Assembly (NCBI GenBank): GCA_965637545.1
Contig: OZ281499.1
Coordinates: 13,950,001 to 14,014,000, forward strand
Length of the DNA stretch: 64,000 nucleotides
Reading direction: 5' to 3'
Source: Phallusia mammillata
Lineage: Eukaryota
Shown piece after piece: positions 61,710 through 64,000 of the stretch. Each line of letters opens with the position of its first letter. Position 1 is the stretch's first letter. The notes under the pieces were generated by a model. That model was not told the DNA's origin. It searched no databases and saw only the letters and a program-made list of their open reading frames with translations. A program made the translations under genes and the position numbers.

Positions 61710-62185
61710 TGTTCTCAAAAGAATGTAACTAAATTTTAAAATCTGTCATGTATAAATAAAGACCATGCTATGCCCAACACATTTAAACTGCAATAAATTT
61801 TATCACATTGCCTTTTGTTCTGGTACTTGTTTGTTTTTTTAAATATCAATTCAAGCAGCTCAAACTAACCAACCTCATAGGTGTTGATTCCACATATATT
61901 ATTTTGATGATTATCAGGATGAAACTGGAAACAGCATATGTTCTCAAAGAAATGGCACAAAATTTTAAAATCAGTCATCATCAAATAAAGACCATGTCAG
62001 GCCTTTAAAATGCAATCAATTTTGTCATTTCGCTTTTGTTCTGGTAGTTGTGTTGTTTTATCAATTTAACATTTTTACACAAAAGTGATTTTAGATGTTG
62101 TTTTTGCAGCTTAAACTATCCAATCTCATAGGTGTTGATCCCTGATATTTTAGTTTGATGATCAGGATGAAACTGGAAATAGTAT
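61710..62185. repeat. Diverged tandem duplication, ~230-bp period
   Basis: AAATAAAGACCATG, CTTTTGTTCTGGTA, CTCATAGGTGTTGAT and ATCAGGATGAAACTGGAAA each occur twice in the same order. Confidence 0.8.
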
Positions 62186-62582
62186 CATGCATTATTTAAT
62201 CGATATTGCCATTAATTTTAATATATAATTTTTGTGGCATTTGACAAGCTTTATGGTATTGCATTTAAAATACAATTAAGGCTGGACTGTTTTCAAATCA
62301 ACTGCCTACTTTTTTATGTGTTTTTTATTTATTCAATCATTAAAGCAAACTTTTTTGGATTTTTGTACATTGTTCAGTCATATATTTCATCTATTGTTTA
62401 TCTTTGAGTTGTGACATTTTCATTTGCATGAGTCAATGTCATTTTTTTAAGCAACCACTGCATCTCATCTGCATGTAATTTTATTTTCTCTACCAGCTAA
62501 AATCTTCCTCTGTTAAGCCTTCACACAAATACCACTTAGTAAACAAATGTATTGTTTAGCAGCAAAAAAAAAAGTATAAAAG

Positions 62583-62759
62583 ATACAAAATGTACTCAAA
62601 AAGAGCAGCAGACGATCAGCGTCAGTGTAATGTTTTATTTTTGAAAAACAGAAATATTAATTTCGCCTAATATTAATATTATTAATATTTCTGTTTTTCA
62701 AAAATAAAACATTACACTGACGCTGATCGTCTGCTGCTCTTTTTGAGTACATTTTGTAT
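62583..62759. repeat. Perfect palindrome, 79-bp arms with 19-bp spacer
   Basis: 62583-62661 is the exact reverse complement of 62681-62759. Confidence 0.95.
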
Positions 62760-63399
62760 ATATCTGATAAGTGTAGACAGATCCATCGGTCACCGCCCTG
62801 TCACACAGGCTGATTCTTGTAGTCTACTATGACATTACACTTACATATAAAAGATACACTTTGGAATTGTCTATATCTGAACTTTGAAGTAAGGTGCATA
62901 CAAATCTAGTCTGTTACAAAACATAACAGAAACTGCTGATTGAATAGTAACAATAAACTTGTGTTTTGGTTTTACCTTTGATGAGTTTAAGCATGGTTGC
63001 TGTGGTGACGCAACTCCATCTTCTTAAGTTAGAGCCTATCAACAACTTATTACCATTCTAAAGTCACTGTATTCTAGAAAAAAATCACCACAACATTAGT
63101 TTCAAAAGAAAAGTTTTACCACAGCCCTTTAAGTTCAGTTCAACAATATTAAGACAAATAAATCGTTTGGGAGTAGTGTATTTCACTCAATACATTCTTA
63201 GTATAGGAGAGAGCTGTCGACAAAAACCTGCAGCACAACTTCAAACTAACCTATGGCCAATTTTGACTGAACACATGTGGTCATATCAGAAATCTCGCTT
63301 TCTACCACTACCTTGGACCTGTATTTCAATGGGCTGGATGGGTGTTTTACCTTTATATCTTTTAAAAAGTATTCTAGTTTGTTTAACAACCATTAATAT

Positions 63400-63705
63400 T
63401 CGATTCAAAAGCCTACGCTTCACGTAAACACGAAAAAACAGCACCACTTTTTCCCATCCTTTTCCATTGTAAACGCTGAAATCTTAGTGGTCGCGTTCAA
63501 GCGGAACCGATCTTAATACTTGCAGAGAACATGATTATTTTTAAAACACAAATGAAGTTTAATAAGTATCAGATTAAAATTTCTAAAAATCAAAATAATT
63601 AATTCAAACTTATATACAAAGTTTTAGTTCGATCCGTTGCGTATTGGCAAAGATATCGCCCCATTTATGTCGTCGCTAAATGGACAGTGTGCAGTCTCTG
63701 CTTAG
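63400..63705 (+). repeat. Diverged inverted copy of 61340-61480 with a ~170-bp insert
   Basis: AAAAGCCTACGCTTCACGTAAACACGAAAAA, GGTCGCGTTCAAGCGGAAC and CAGTGTGCAGTCTCTGCTTA are reverse complements of the upstream block. Confidence 0.8.
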
Positions 63706-63709
63706 AGAA

Positions 63710-64000
63710 AAGCAAACATATTATGCCTCCGTCAGCATGGAGGGTGAACACGTTCATTCGTAGAGCATCATCAAAACCTTTCAGTTTAATCCACGATTGA
63801 AATATCTTGTTGGATGGTGCAGCTGGAACAGTCGTCGACGATGCAACAGGAAGAGTCGACTGCTCTTGAACATTTTCAGCAGAATTGCGGTCATTCAGTA
63901 AAACACAATCAGAACTTGTGGTGCTGTTGGCAGATGCGGTTTCGGGGGTTAGAGCAGCAGTACGTGTTTTCGGTTTACCAGAAAAGAATTGCTTTATACT
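63710..64000 (-). pseudogene. Probable N-terminus of another transposase, running off the window
   Basis: Open minus frame SIKQFFSGKPK..FQSWIKLKGF; family not determinable. Confidence 0.4.

Noticed and set aside
63167-63427. 86-aa ORF and other short ORFs in 61.6-63.4 kb
   Set aside because: No recognisable motifs; AT-rich non-coding context.

Overview
This is eukaryotic (metazoan, probably marine invertebrate; inferred) genomic DNA made almost entirely of nested, mostly decayed transposons. No host gene, rRNA, tRNA gene or CRISPR array is supportable. Block 1 (1-21655): a ZMYM1-type hAT is interrupted by a Charlie/Buster hAT (79-17616, TSD TAGTAGAT) that carries a CR1/L2 LINE fragment and a 12.9-kb foldback Mutator-like element (4692-17554). 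That element has 25-bp TIRs and inverted arrays of a ~207-bp satellite. Its single reconstructable spliced polyprotein reads SGNH esterase, 18-aa repeats, PHD finger, NOF/Rehavkus-type DDE transposase, Ulp1-like SUMO protease, USP deubiquitinase; this is the most unusual object in the window. Block 2 (22855-49511): four nested PIF/Harbinger-type elements (transposase plus Myb/MADF gene), a Mag-type Gypsy LTR element and several hATs/MITEs, nested up to five deep. Block 3 (50-64 kb): a Penelope fragment, a 20-bp minisatellite, a second MULE with a Vertnin/OTU-like region, an RTE fragment, hATs and a perfect 79-bp-arm palindrome. Both Penelope elements carry hammerhead-ribozyme-like motifs. Domain calls come from motif recognition by eye; no searches were run.
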